From positions 1 through 64,000 of IMG/VR virus record IMGVR_UViG_3300033076_000210: 64,000 bases of DNA; one strand, written 5' to 3'. This DNA comes from a virus (taxonomy: Duplodnaviria; Caudoviricetes). Position 1 is the stretch's first letter; every line of letters starts with the position of its first letter. Below the pieces are notes generated by a model. It was not told the DNA's origin. It did no database searches and was given only the letters and a program-made list of their open reading frames with translations. The position numbers were made by a program, and so were the translations under genes. Shown piece by piece: positions 18,436 to 28,160 of the stretch.

Positions 18436-18825
18436 TTAGGTCGATAGCTTGAAGCCAGCGTTTGTGCATGATGCAAACTGGTTAACACCAGCAACACCTG
18501 CAACGTTAGCAGCAGCCAACGCAACTGTAGTGTTTGCAAAAGCACCAGTGTTGTAAACAGCAACGCTTAGAGCAGTGCCGTCAACTTGATACATAGCAAC
18601 AGTAGTTGTTTGTTGAATTGCTTGGATAGCGTTAGAAACAAAACCGTTAACGCCTTGTTGAGCAGCCATTGTGTTAGCTGCAACGAAACGGAAGAAGTCA
18701 AGCTTCGGACCAGCTGGTTGAACTGGTGAACCAGCAGTTGATGTAGCTGGTGCGATTGGACCATTTGCAGTGTCTAGTGCAAATACTGGTTGTACATCAC
18801 CATTAGCGCGGGTAAAATATGCCAT
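18436..18825 (-). CDS. probable abundant virion structural protein
   Basis: Own TAAATA promoter (18868-18873), AGGAG RBS and terminator; strongly biased codons (GCT/GTT/AAC/TTC). Confidence 0.6.
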   Translation of the reverse strand: MAYFTRANGDVQPVFALDTANGPIAPATSTAGSPVQPAGPKLDFFRFVAANTMAAQQGVNGFVSNAIQAIQQTTTVAMYQVDGTALSVAVYNTGAFANTTVALAAANVAGVAGVNQFASCTNAGFKLST

Positions 18826-18889
18826 TTTGATTATCTCCTAATAAATGAGTTTTTTTAACTCTACTTTTATTTATCAAACTGGCAAAAAA

Positions 18890-20806
18890 TTACTTCGTTG
18901 CGGTTGCTTTACGAGCTGGATCAGCAAAGCCGCCTGCTGTTCTACTGACTACTTTAGCACGGCCTGCAGGAGTTGCAAATACCCAGCCTTCTTGTCCGGG
19001 CTGTTGTAAATCCAACTGACGCTGTAGATCTATTTTGAGTTCATGTAGTTTGTTCCATATTGCAAATGCCACGCTCATGCCTAGTACATTAGATCGTGGA
19101 CTCTGTAAATATTCCACAATGTTGTTATACTTTCGTGGTGTGGTATTTGATTGTAGCCAGGCGCCAAAATTCTGCGGGGTAGCGCCAGAGTAATCTGTGC
19201 CTTTAAGGCTATGGATAAACTTTTCCATCAACGCAGGCAAGTCTGTAATTTGTGCAGCACGTAATTCAGCAGGATTTAGTAGTCCCTGTAATGCTTGTGC
19301 GTTTTCGCCGCGAGCATAACTGCTCAGTTCGCTCATGGTATTTCTATTGAGTTTTAAGTTTTGCAAGTTCTTTACTGTTGCGCCGGTTAGCATCAATCCT
19401 GGAACTTTTTTCAACTTGGATTCTGGGTCGCCAATGAACTGTTCGGTAGCATGTGGATCTTCCATGTAAGTATGAACAGCAATGCCAACTTGACTTTTGG
19501 CAATTTCCTGACCTAGTGGGCTAGTAAGTGGTATACGATATTGAATGCCGCCATGTGTGTTAGGTTGGAATACTGCATTACCTGCATCTTCAACCCAGGG
19601 ACGCTCAGGAAAATATAATAAATCGCCCTTCATGTATCCACGGAAATTTTTCGGCACAGCAGCTTCAAAGTAAGGCCAAATGTCTTGATATATTTTAGAT
19701 AGTTGACTGCGGTCAGAAGGTTTACCCTTGGCTGCTGACGCAGAATCTCTTTGCTTGAGAATCTGATCCATCATTTGCGGACTAGTAGCAAGGCCATTAT
19801 AACCCACAGCAGTTGCGCCAGCTTTGTCTGTGAGCACAAAGTTACCCTGAGGATCGCGCCCAAAAATCACAGCCGGTGATCCATCCCATTTGATTGTGGC
19901 ATATTGCTGTGTGTCCTGTGCTGTGTGCTTGATAATTTCTAATGCTTCTCGAGCTCCAGCTAGTCCTTTTTGCAGCACTAAATCTTCAATGTAAGGAATC
20001 CGTGGGTTCTTGGCTTCTGTTAGTTGTTCACTTTCAATCAGCGAATACATTCCTTGATTTACTAATCGATCGCGCAATCTTGCAAGAAATCCCACATCAC
20101 TTTCTTTAAGGTCAGGCTCACTGATCCCTTCACGTTTGAGATACTCACGGAAGTCTGCTAGTTTAGCATCCTTTTGTTGATCGTTTGCTAATGCAGAGTA
20201 AATGCTCTCAACATTCTTTAGATTTTCTTTTGTAGCCGACGGCCCCAGCAACACTTGAGCAACATAATCGGGATTCATGCCATTGGGCACAAGTTGATTA
20301 CTAGTTCGACTAAACATACCATTGGCGCCCACTTTGAGTCCTAAACTCTTGGCAATACTACTCATTAAAACGTTGCGGTTTACTCCCTTGTATTGCGAGT
20401 CTGTTCCCCCGGCATAAAAGAAGGTACCCCAATCTAGGTTAGGGAAAAACATAAAATCTGTTTGCACAAATCCGTTTTTAGCATTACCGCCAATGGGTGT
20501 TTTTAAATGTACTTCTCCGCCTTTTCTCACCCAGTCTCGTGGATCCTGTCCTTGGTTCTGAATAAACTGTGTCAACTTGGCTGCTAGCTCTTCTTTAGAC
20601 ACTTCGGAAATATCCACTGCAAGATCTAAATCTCCTGAAGTGGCTTTGCGTCCTGTTGATCCTAACCAACGTTCTTGTGGGAAATTCATTCCAGTTACTT
20701 GTTCAACCCAGCGAATAGTTGCAGGAACATCTGCTTGATTGATACGCTGTGTCAATGGTTGACCAGCAGCGTCTTTGAATACATTTCCACCTTCTAGTAA
20801 TTTCAT
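18890..20806 (-). CDS. two-domain protein: PolX/pol-beta-like nucleotidyltransferase plus ATP-dependent ligase-like domain
   Basis: GS..R...GDLD + VQTD; KWDG, KGDLLY, QEGWVF, RAKVV motifs. Confidence 0.7.
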   Translation of the reverse strand: MKLLEGGNVFKDAAGQPLTQRINQADVPATIRWVEQVTGMNFPQERWLGSTGRKATSGDLDLAVDISEVSKEELAAKLTQFIQNQGQDPRDWVRKGGEVHLKTPIGGNAKNGFVQTDFMFFPNLDWGTFFYAGGTDSQYKGVNRNVLMSSIAKSLGLKVGANGMFSRTSNQLVPNGMNPDYVAQVLLGPSATKENLKNVESIYSALANDQQKDAKLADFREYLKREGISEPDLKESDVGFLARLRDRLVNQGMYSLIESEQLTEAKNPRIPYIEDLVLQKGLAGAREALEIIKHTAQDTQQYATIKWDGSPAVIFGRDPQGNFVLTDKAGATAVGYNGLATSPQMMDQILKQRDSASAAKGKPSDRSQLSKIYQDIWPYFEAAVPKNFRGYMKGDLLYFPERPWVEDAGNAVFQPNTHGGIQYRIPLTSPLGQEIAKSQVGIAVHTYMEDPHATEQFIGDPESKLKKVPGLMLTGATVKNLQNLKLNRNTMSELSSYARGENAQALQGLLNPAELRAAQITDLPALMEKFIHSLKGTDYSGATPQNFGAWLQSNTTPRKYNNIVEYLQSPRSNVLGMSVAFAIWNKLHELKIDLQRQLDLQQPGQEGWVFATPAGRAKVVSRTAGGFADPARKATATK

Positions 20807-21483
20807 GTTTGTGCCCTTGCTGCGTTAGCAATTAATGCATCAAGTTTGGCTATTTCTGCGGCACCCGGCAGTCCTGGTTTTGGAGCGCCGCCAACAGTCG
20901 GTGCGGTTTGTGTAGTAGGTGCTGTTTGAGGAGTTGTCATTGCAGCCTGGGCCTTTGACAAATCAGTGGCCACTTGCACCATTCTAGCAGTTTCATCTGC
21001 TAAAAGATTGCTTAAAATTGCCTGCTGTAATGCATTTCGTCTTCTTGTGTCAGTATCTCCGCGATGTGCCACAAACTGATCAAAATATTCGCGAGTTTGA
21101 GTCTGAATGTTTGCATCCAATGCAGAAAACTTGTTGTTAAACAATGTTTTATTTGCCCAATTTAAAAATGCTGCCTTGTATTGATCATCAGTCAACGGCG
21201 TAGCACTTTTGGTCTGCAATGCAGCTATGGTTTGATTCCAATTGTCTAGATATTTCAATGCCTGTTGTTGTATTCCCTGATCACGAACAATTGCATCTTT
21301 GCGCTGTGCCAGTGGCATGTTAGCGTATCGAGGATCTTTCGAAAACCGAGCAGACAAGTCCTGAATCACTTGTCCACCAATTTGATCCCAGGCAGCAGCT
21401 ACCTGTGGATTGTTAAGTCCAAAAAAACTTTTTAAATCTTCATTTATTTTTTTAGGAGCTAATGTTAGTTCATGTATTAGCAT
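20803..21483 (-). CDS. hypothetical protein, probable head-internal protein
   Basis: MLIHE N-terminus, INE/D site. Confidence 0.65.
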   Translation of the reverse strand: MLIHELTLAPKKINEDLKSFFGLNNPQVAAAWDQIGGQVIQDLSARFSKDPRYANMPLAQRKDAIVRDQGIQQQALKYLDNWNQTIAALQTKSATPLTDDQYKAAFLNWANKTLFNNKFSALDANIQTQTREYFDQFVAHRGDTDTRRRNALQQAILSNLLADETARMVQVATDLSKAQAAMTTPQTAPTTQTAPTVGGAPKPGLPGAAEIAKLDALIANAARAQT

Positions 21484-21718
21484 CTGTGCGTCTCACTGTT
21501 CTTGTAAATTTACTTGGGTCACGCAATTTAATAGCATTCAGCAGTTTACGTTGCAGATTATCTGCTTGCTCTGGGGTATAACTAGAATCAATTTCTTCCA
21601 TGAGTCTGATTGCACTAGAAATAATATTGTTTGCACGGTTCTCAATGACGTGGCGGCGATCTTTCTCTACATACATTGAGTTTAGTTCTTCTAGCAAACT
21701 ACGAGTGTTCTTTTGCAT
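21470..21718 (-). CDS. hypothetical phage protein
   Basis: TAAATA at 21737-21742; helical 82 aa. Confidence 0.7.
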   Translation of the reverse strand: MQKNTRSLLEELNSMYVEKDRRHVIENRANNIISSAIRLMEEIDSSYTPEQADNLQRKLLNAIKLRDPSKFTRTVRRTDANT

Positions 21719-21762
21719 AATCTTGGGCCCTTGTGTTATTTATTAAAAGACTTGAACTTGAA

Positions 21763-22905
21763 TTAAAGGTATCGCTTGTACCATGTTAGAAACTCTGGAT
21801 ACGTGTCTCTCCAATTTTGGTTTCTAATTTGATCATGGGTGTTTAGATGATCGAGCATTTTTCTAATAGCAGATTCTTGATCTGTTGGTGCGTTTAGAAT
21901 ACGATTATGCACCCAATGCCCAGGCGGAACACTTAATAATGCATGTTCCTTGTATTCAGAGCTCATTGCAGCAAATGAGTACTCTCCCATACAGTCGTGA
22001 TAATTTATAGTTATTTTGTCACCATATATTGTCTCAGAGAAATTATCTTGTTGCCATTGGTCAAATTGTGTTATCCAAGCGGCTGTTAATACTCCCACTG
22101 TGCGCTCAACTCTAAGCAATCCGTTGTGAGGCAAATTAGTTCGAAACCATTCAAGATTATCAGTCATTTCTTTCCAATTTGCAGGCCATCTTTGATATTC
22201 CATCCTTGGCCCCAAATCATCCAAGCTGAAATAAATTTCCAACATCTTAAACTTTTCCCAAAATTTTAGAACAGTGTCCGACACTCGTGTAGTTGCATTT
22301 GAATGATACCATAACGATATCTGACTCAGATCTACTGTGTCTTGCAATTTTTCTAATACACGTAAATGTGTAAGGGACAAAAGCGGCTCCCCGCCCTGGA
22401 AATGAATTTGTTTAATATCATGTGTGGGCACTGTAGATAGCAAGTCAACTATGTTGCTATCAGTGGCCCGCACTTTAAATTTTTTACTGGATTCAAATTT
22501 ATCTTTAGTTTCTACGTGTCTCCAAAAGGTGCTTAATTCTGGACCGCATATTCTACACGCCAGATTGCAACTAAAATCAACTTGTAAATCTAATTCAATC
22601 ACTGATTGAGGGTTTTGCCAGTGCGTTCCTAGTCTGTCGTTCCAACTTTGGCGACGACTATAATTTCCGTTATTTTCAACTCGACGACATGCCGAACAGT
22701 TATCAGGGAGTTCGTGCCCTTTTAAATTTTCTATTCTTTCTTTTTGCAAATTATCGTTTAGCCAAAATTCATCCTGAATGTTTGAAGTAACTTCGTATTC
22801 AGTTCCGTACAAACAGCAAGGTTTGGCCATCCATTTTCTCTTAGCGGTTTGATATTTTAACCACATACCTCCTTGCAAGTCAGCACAGTATTTAGAATTA
22901 TCCAT
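21763..22905 (-). CDS. radical SAM protein with N-terminal Twitch/SPASM-like cysteines
   Basis: CNLACRIC (CxxxCxxC), GGEPLL, N-terminal PCC...CxxC. Confidence 0.88.
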   Translation of the reverse strand: MDNSKYCADLQGGMWLKYQTAKRKWMAKPCCLYGTEYEVTSNIQDEFWLNDNLQKERIENLKGHELPDNCSACRRVENNGNYSRRQSWNDRLGTHWQNPQSVIELDLQVDFSCNLACRICGPELSTFWRHVETKDKFESSKKFKVRATDSNIVDLLSTVPTHDIKQIHFQGGEPLLSLTHLRVLEKLQDTVDLSQISLWYHSNATTRVSDTVLKFWEKFKMLEIYFSLDDLGPRMEYQRWPANWKEMTDNLEWFRTNLPHNGLLRVERTVGVLTAAWITQFDQWQQDNFSETIYGDKITINYHDCMGEYSFAAMSSEYKEHALLSVPPGHWVHNRILNAPTDQESAIRKMLDHLNTHDQIRNQNWRDTYPEFLTWYKRYL

Positions 22906-24355
22906 TGGTTTTAATCTGTCCTAGTAGCTGCTTGAGTTTGGCGCTTTGCACATCTGCTGTGATCCCAGCAGGCTCCTGCGGACCTTTTTCCCAAGCAGGC
23001 GTGCCAGTTGCACGTTCAAACTTGGGTGCAGTCGATTCATCTGTAGTTTTTGCGCTCATATTAGACTTGGCCTTGATTTGATCCATGAACGAGCTTGTGG
23101 GTCGTCTGTTAGCGCCTTCGCCGTCTTCGCCGCCCTCGTCTGTAATACGCATGGTTTCCATGTTGTATTCCAAGTCGATCTTTTGACCAACACCGGTGGA
23201 ACTACGTGACTTCATACACTGAATTTGATACTTGCCACGCTCTTTCATTGCACGACTTGTAAAGATACCAAACACGTTATCTGCTGTGTTGATCTTGGAG
23301 ATACCACCAGAAATGTGTGAGTGATCAAATTCAACTTCTTCTACAGCACTACGGTTCAACTGCGATGCAGTAACCATTAGTATTCCAAGTTCCTTGGCCA
23401 AGTTACGCAGTTCTTCTGAAACATATTTGTCCTTAACGAACAAGTCGTTGGGACTAACTTTGGCGCTAACAGGCATCAACAAGTCCAGGTAGTCAACCAT
23501 CATAAAGTCTACTTTCTTACCTGTTTGAATTTGGAACTCTTTCAAAAACGCACGAATGTCGTTAATGTTGCTTTGCGCCGGTAATCCTTTAACTTGGTAT
23601 GTACCTGACTTCTTGGCAACTAACTTGACTTTGAGTTCAGCAGTATCCATGTCACGTCGAATGTCCTTGGTGCTCATATTAGTTAACATAGCATCAGTTC
23701 TCAGTGATGTTAGTTCTTCGGAAAGTTCTAGTGTAATATATACGCCGTTGAGTCCTTGCTGTAGCCAGTTTAGCGCAATGTTCATCATGACCAATGACTT
23801 ACCTGAGCCCGATCCACCTGCAAAGATGTTTAGTTCACCGCGACTAAATCCGCCATACAACAATCTATCCAGTTGCGGCCAGCCTGTACTTACTTGTCCG
23901 CCCGAGTTAAAGTATTTTTCAATACGAGCCTTGGGATCAGCAAAGTAGTCTGTACCCATGTCTTTGGTGAGTGATATTTGTACTGCATCTTTGATTAATT
24001 TTTCAACTGGTTCAAAGTCACCTTTTTCCAACAAGTCAGCTGACTTTAAAATTGCACGTTCTAGTTCTTGACGTTTAGTGAACGATTCAAACTCAGTCAT
24101 AAACCATTCAAAGTGACCTTCGTTTAAGTCTGGTACATGAGACAAAGTCACACCGCATGCTGCTGCAATCTGTGAACGATCTGGCATGGTCTTGAATTTG
24201 TCGCTGTGTTCTTTGATAAACTCAGCAGCCGGTCTTAAATTCTTGGCAAAGTTTTCTGGGTTGTAGATATTCTGCACACGCACATAGCTCTGTGCATCTT
24301 CTAGCATCATTTCCAGAAATAACTTCTGAACATCAGTGTTGTAGTCTTTTAACAA
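22898..24355 (-). CDS. gp41: replicative DNA helicase (T4 gp41/DnaB-like)
   Basis: GGSGSGKS Walker A, VDYLD, TASQLNR, KSR. Confidence 0.93.
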   Translation of the reverse strand: MLKDYNTDVQKLFLEMMLEDAQSYVRVQNIYNPENFAKNLRPAAEFIKEHSDKFKTMPDRSQIAAACGVTLSHVPDLNEGHFEWFMTEFESFTKRQELERAILKSADLLEKGDFEPVEKLIKDAVQISLTKDMGTDYFADPKARIEKYFNSGGQVSTGWPQLDRLLYGGFSRGELNIFAGGSGSGKSLVMMNIALNWLQQGLNGVYITLELSEELTSLRTDAMLTNMSTKDIRRDMDTAELKVKLVAKKSGTYQVKGLPAQSNINDIRAFLKEFQIQTGKKVDFMMVDYLDLLMPVSAKVSPNDLFVKDKYVSEELRNLAKELGILMVTASQLNRSAVEEVEFDHSHISGGISKINTADNVFGIFTSRAMKERGKYQIQCMKSRSSTGVGQKIDLEYNMETMRITDEGGEDGEGANRRPTSSFMDQIKAKSNMSAKTTDESTAPKFERATGTPAWEKGPQEPAGITADVQSAKLKQLLGQIKTNG

Positions 24356-25304
24356 GTTGTTTCTTTCTTAATTCAATTTTAATTTTGCTGGTTTCGCGTG
24401 CTTGCATTATAGTTAGCAAGGCTGAGAGTTTGCCATAGTGCTTTACAGCATCGTTTACGTCTTTAACATGCTCGGGCCATTCTGGAATACTTACGCTCCA
24501 CCCTAGCTCAACTGCTCGGTCTATTAGTTCCAGTCCTGCGTTATCCTGATCTGGCACAACAATAACTTCTCTGCCCAAGTTGCGTATCAATCTAGCTTGT
24601 AGATCACTTACAGTGTTGTGCATTACTGCTAGACCATCAATTGACAGCGCATCGAAAATACCCTCGACTACAATCGCATACTGCCAATTATCATGTTGAA
24701 ACTCTGTGCCAAACACATATCCTGGTTGCATGTGATTGATATACTTGGGAACCTTGTCATCTAAAAATCTAGCAGTCCATCCTACAATTTTACCGTCGTA
24801 AGTAAATGGAATAGTGACATGCGGTCTAACCCAATGTATCCCGTCTGTGCGGATAGTTGTCATTGCCGGGAAATCCTCGGGCACACATCGGCTTCTCAAG
24901 TACTTCCAGTAAAAAGGATGTTCTTCTGTGATTAGCTCACTAGCCGGCGGGAAATCATCAAACTCTTTGAAGTCTATATCCGCCAGTGTGTTCATTGTAC
25001 GAGCACGATCATCCAGGATACCATGTATGCTACGATGACGTAGACTTTCTAGGTTTAGCTGGTTAACTTCTGATTCTGGAACGTTAAGTAGTTCCAAGAA
25101 CATTTTGGCCTTGTAGCTTACCGGGCGACCTAATACAAAACTAGCAGTTCGGTTACAGTTAAAGCAATGATAGCTCCATCCTGCTTCGTTTACTTTAAGG
25201 CCGCCGCGTTGTCGTTTATCGTCGCAACAGGGCGCATTAAAACTTATCCATCCCGATGGAGTTTGTTTTCGTTTAGCGGGCAAGTAAGCATGGATATCTA
25301 GCAT
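24333..25304 (-). CDS. gp61: DNA primase (T4 gp61-like)
   Basis: Zn finger (PCC...HCFNC), TOPRIM VEGIFDA, PDQD, KDVND. Confidence 0.9.
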   Translation of the reverse strand: MLDIHAYLPAKRKQTPSGWISFNAPCCDDKRQRGGLKVNEAGWSYHCFNCNRTASFVLGRPVSYKAKMFLELLNVPESEVNQLNLESLRHRSIHGILDDRARTMNTLADIDFKEFDDFPPASELITEEHPFYWKYLRSRCVPEDFPAMTTIRTDGIHWVRPHVTIPFTYDGKIVGWTARFLDDKVPKYINHMQPGYVFGTEFQHDNWQYAIVVEGIFDALSIDGLAVMHNTVSDLQARLIRNLGREVIVVPDQDNAGLELIDRAVELGWSVSIPEWPEHVKDVNDAVKHYGKLSALLTIMQARETSKIKIELRKKQLVKRLQH

Positions 25305-25313
25305 CACGCTAGT

Positions 25314-26045
25314 TTAACATACATCAATGAGATTAATCAAGTGATCTCGGATGATTGTATGTCCAATTTCATTTGGGTGCCCGTCTGCACAGATTAGTTC
25401 TCTGTTTCGATTTCCCGGATGGTCCCTAAAAAACATAGTCCAACTCATTCCAGGCTCGGGTAGTGTGGGAATATTAGGCACAGGGCGTTCACCTGGCATG
25501 ATGTTGAACTGCAACATTTTTAAATTATTTCTTGCTGCGATTCCATCAAAAAACAAAACTGCATGCTGATAGTTAAGTTTACTCAACGCTTCACAATCAG
25601 TTAGAGTCATTTGGTATTTTATCATTGTGGCAAAATCATCAGGTACCACACTGCTACCAAAGTTAACCCAAGTACTGTGAACAAATTTGTTCCAAGGCGG
25701 ATCAATAGAGTAGTGTTTGTGATTGGGATTGTAATGAGTAATTCTATCCGAATTTGTTAGTGCAATGAGCACTAGGCATTCATCAAGTGGCAGTGTTTCA
25801 TTGTCCAGCCACCATTGGAATGTCCATTCTGTGCTTGTTAAACTACCGCCAGGAATACCAAAATTTTCAACAGGCACATTATAGTGCTCGCCAAGTTGGC
25901 CTAGGAAACAATGTTTCAGCCTATAGGCAAAATTCTGATCGTCGCTGTAATGTCCATTGGGATTTTTGGCTAGGTATTCAGGATCAATTAATTCGTCCCC
26001 GTACATCCATGAGTCGCCAAACCCTACTATTTTCTTAAATTGCAT
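25314..26045 (-). CDS. SGNH/GDSL-fold hydrolase-like protein
   Basis: GDSW, NFGIPGGS, DGHPNEIGH blocks. Confidence 0.75.
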   Translation of the reverse strand: MQFKKIVGFGDSWMYGDELIDPEYLAKNPNGHYSDDQNFAYRLKHCFLGQLGEHYNVPVENFGIPGGSLTSTEWTFQWWLDNETLPLDECLVLIALTNSDRITHYNPNHKHYSIDPPWNKFVHSTWVNFGSSVVPDDFATMIKYQMTLTDCEALSKLNYQHAVLFFDGIAARNNLKMLQFNIMPGERPVPNIPTLPEPGMSWTMFFRDHPGNRNRELICADGHPNEIGHTIIRDHLINLIDVC

Positions 26046-27157
26046 TACCTATATAGTATGTTTGTCACTCGGCCTGTAGAAATTATAACCGTAGCTGCTA
26101 TGTTAGTAGGCGGAATTGGTCTATAGCCTGCGCCGCCGTTAATGATATTAATAGAAGTAAGTTCGCCATTGCCGCCAATTGTGGCTTCTGCAATAGCCCC
26201 GGCACCGTCACCAATGATTTCAACCAAAGGTGGTGCCAAATATCCAAATCCTTGATAGGTAATTGTAGTACCAGTGATTACCCCATTTGTTGCCTGTGCA
26301 GTCGCTAGTGCTGCTGAGCCAACTGAATTGTTTAGTCCCGTAGTAAACACAGAATTGTTAAACGCCAATCTCAGCAAAGGATAATATCCAACTACATGAT
26401 GGTGCACCGTTCCGGTTTTGTTGAGGTATTGAACGCTTTCACTAACATTGTACCAAGGGCTTTGATAGTTTTCAGCTGCTTGCACTTTAATAGACCCAGT
26501 GTACCCAAGTAAATCTAGTTGTATGCTTGTAACAGGACCGGTTGGCACAATAAACGAACTGTAGTATTCGGTATTGATAATAGGGCTATAAGTGTTGATT
26601 GGTGCGCCTGGTTGCAATGCCCAGTCTGGATATGTAGCAGGTGCGCCGCCGCCTGCTGATCCTGCTTGTGCTGATATGTTAACAGTGGGAATTGTACATA
26701 CTGCGCTGGGAAAGAATTCTGGGTAAACAGAATCTTGAATATCAACGTCTGCTCGAGCACCTGCTTGTGCATCTACAAACACTGCTTCGGTTAAATTTCC
26801 CGAGTAGCGTGTGATTGAGTAACTGGCCGGTTGTGCTCGTATGGCATCGAGTGCCTCTGAAGTTAGGGTAACCTTGGCTCTGCCATAAGGGGCATTGAGT
26901 ATGGTCATTTCAGTTTCGTTCATTAAAGCAGCCCCTGCTTGATCAACAAGTCTGAATGTAAAGCTGCTGCCAGTGATGTTTACGGGTTTTTCATCTTGAT
27001 TGATAAACTCAAACAATATGACATTGTCAACACCTTTGTTGATTGTTAGTTTTTTTGCGTACACAGGATTATACCTCATTGTAAAATACCCACCGCCGGT
27101 GTCGATTAATAATACTCGGGTTTTTTGCTGATAAAGGTAGGCGGTGGTGCTATACAT
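26045..27157 (-). CDS. virion structural protein (baseplate/tail-associated)
   Basis: C-terminal I...G.GY repeats typical of T4-like baseplate proteins; TAAATA at 27165-27170. Confidence 0.65.
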   Translation of the reverse strand: MYSTTAYLYQQKTRVLLIDTGGGYFTMRYNPVYAKKLTINKGVDNVILFEFINQDEKPVNITGSSFTFRLVDQAGAALMNETEMTILNAPYGRAKVTLTSEALDAIRAQPASYSITRYSGNLTEAVFVDAQAGARADVDIQDSVYPEFFPSAVCTIPTVNISAQAGSAGGGAPATYPDWALQPGAPINTYSPIINTEYYSSFIVPTGPVTSIQLDLLGYTGSIKVQAAENYQSPWYNVSESVQYLNKTGTVHHHVVGYYPLLRLAFNNSVFTTGLNNSVGSAALATAQATNGVITGTTITYQGFGYLAPPLVEIIGDGAGAIAEATIGGNGELTSINIINGGAGYRPIPPTNIAATVIISTGRVTNILYR

Positions 27158-27204
27158 AATTTAATATTTATCGTATTGTTTACTGCTTACCAATTTGCGT
27201 TTGG

Positions 27205-27212
27205 TATAAATA
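27205..27212 (+). promoter_or_regulatory. late promoter TATAAATA
   Basis: Exact T4 late consensus upstream of the plus-strand gene. Confidence 0.7.
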
Positions 27213-27229
27213 TCCTGAATAAAACATTT

Positions 27230-27607
27230 ATGGGCAACGATATCTTTAATAAACTAGCAGACAAATACCCCTTTATAACCCTATGCGTCTACGCCGGGAA
27301 CGAGTACCTGGGAATTGTGCAAAATCGTGATGATGCTATTACTACAATCTATGATTTCGGCAGTATACAAGATGTTGTCTTAAAGCGCCAATTCCTAGAC
27401 TTGGCAAATGTTTGGTGGTGGGAAAGCAATCGAAGTATACCTATCAACATATTCCTCAAAGAAGAATGGGCCCCGTTTCGTTCCTATACTCGCACATTTG
27501 CCAACAAAGATTTAGAAATTTTACACGGGCCTGTCTGTAGCCTTAACGAAATCGCTCGTAAGAAGAGCAAGCGCAAGTCGATCACACTGGTTCGTCGACT
27601 TGATTGA
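27230..27607 (+). CDS. conserved hypothetical phage protein
   Basis: Start moved to MGNDIF; WWWESNRSIPINIFL motif; basic C-terminus. Confidence 0.75.
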   Translation: MGNDIFNKLADKYPFITLCVYAGNEYLGIVQNRDDAITTIYDFGSIQDVVLKRQFLDLANVWWWESNRSIPINIFLKEEWAPFRSYTRTFANKDLEILHGPVCSLNEIARKKSKRKSITLVRRLD

Positions 27608-28160
27608 GTAGATTCATATGCAGTGATACTAAAGCTGCATAAGATATCGCATGTGCTTTTTTAAACGTGTAACCACGTGATTCATCCCCGTCCCAAACTG
27701 TAGCAAACACGTCTGCCCAGGGCCGATGTTGCAAGTGGGCTTTACCAGGGCGAATAATTGAGATGAACGCTGCCATACGTTGTATAGAATCTGGCTTCAT
27801 TTCTTTTAGCAGTTCTGTATAATTTCCAATGTGAACCAATTGCGTGGCCCACTCAGAATCAGTCCATAATCGTTGCCATGGCGGTGTGGCTGCAAGCATT
27901 TGCTCATAGTGTTCTGGGCTTTGTATCAGCTTGTAAACATGCATGTTCAAAAAGTCAATTTTAAAGTAGCCTCGCTGTTCTGCTGTTTGATAATCAATAG
28001 CGGCACATTCATGCACTGGGTCCCAGGGAATGTCTGTAACATACACACCAGAATTATGGCGTCTAACTTTGCCATCTACTGTTTGTCGTGCTGGTGTGTG
28101 CTGAATCAGTTTCAGCACAGTATCTCTGTCAGCAAAGTCTAGGTCAATATCTGCGCTCAT
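27582..28160 (-). CDS. dnaE: miniature DNA polymerase III alpha (C-family palm/fingers core only)
   Basis: DIDLDF, RHNSGV, GYFKIDFL, IIRPGK, YTFKKAHAISYA match DnaE motifs in order. Confidence 0.82.
   Translation of the reverse strand: MSADIDLDFADRDTVLKLIQHTPARQTVDGKVRRHNSGVYVTDIPWDPVHECAAIDYQTAEQRGYFKIDFLNMHVYKLIQSPEHYEQMLAATPPWQRLWTDSEWATQLVHIGNYTELLKEMKPDSIQRMAAFISIIRPGKAHLQHRPWADVFATVWDGDESRGYTFKKAHAISYAALVSLHMNLLNQVDEPV

Noticed and set aside
27582-28160. Mini-dnaE as a pseudogene
   Set aside because: Intact frame, coupled start and selective retention of catalytic motifs with internal deletions argue against decay.
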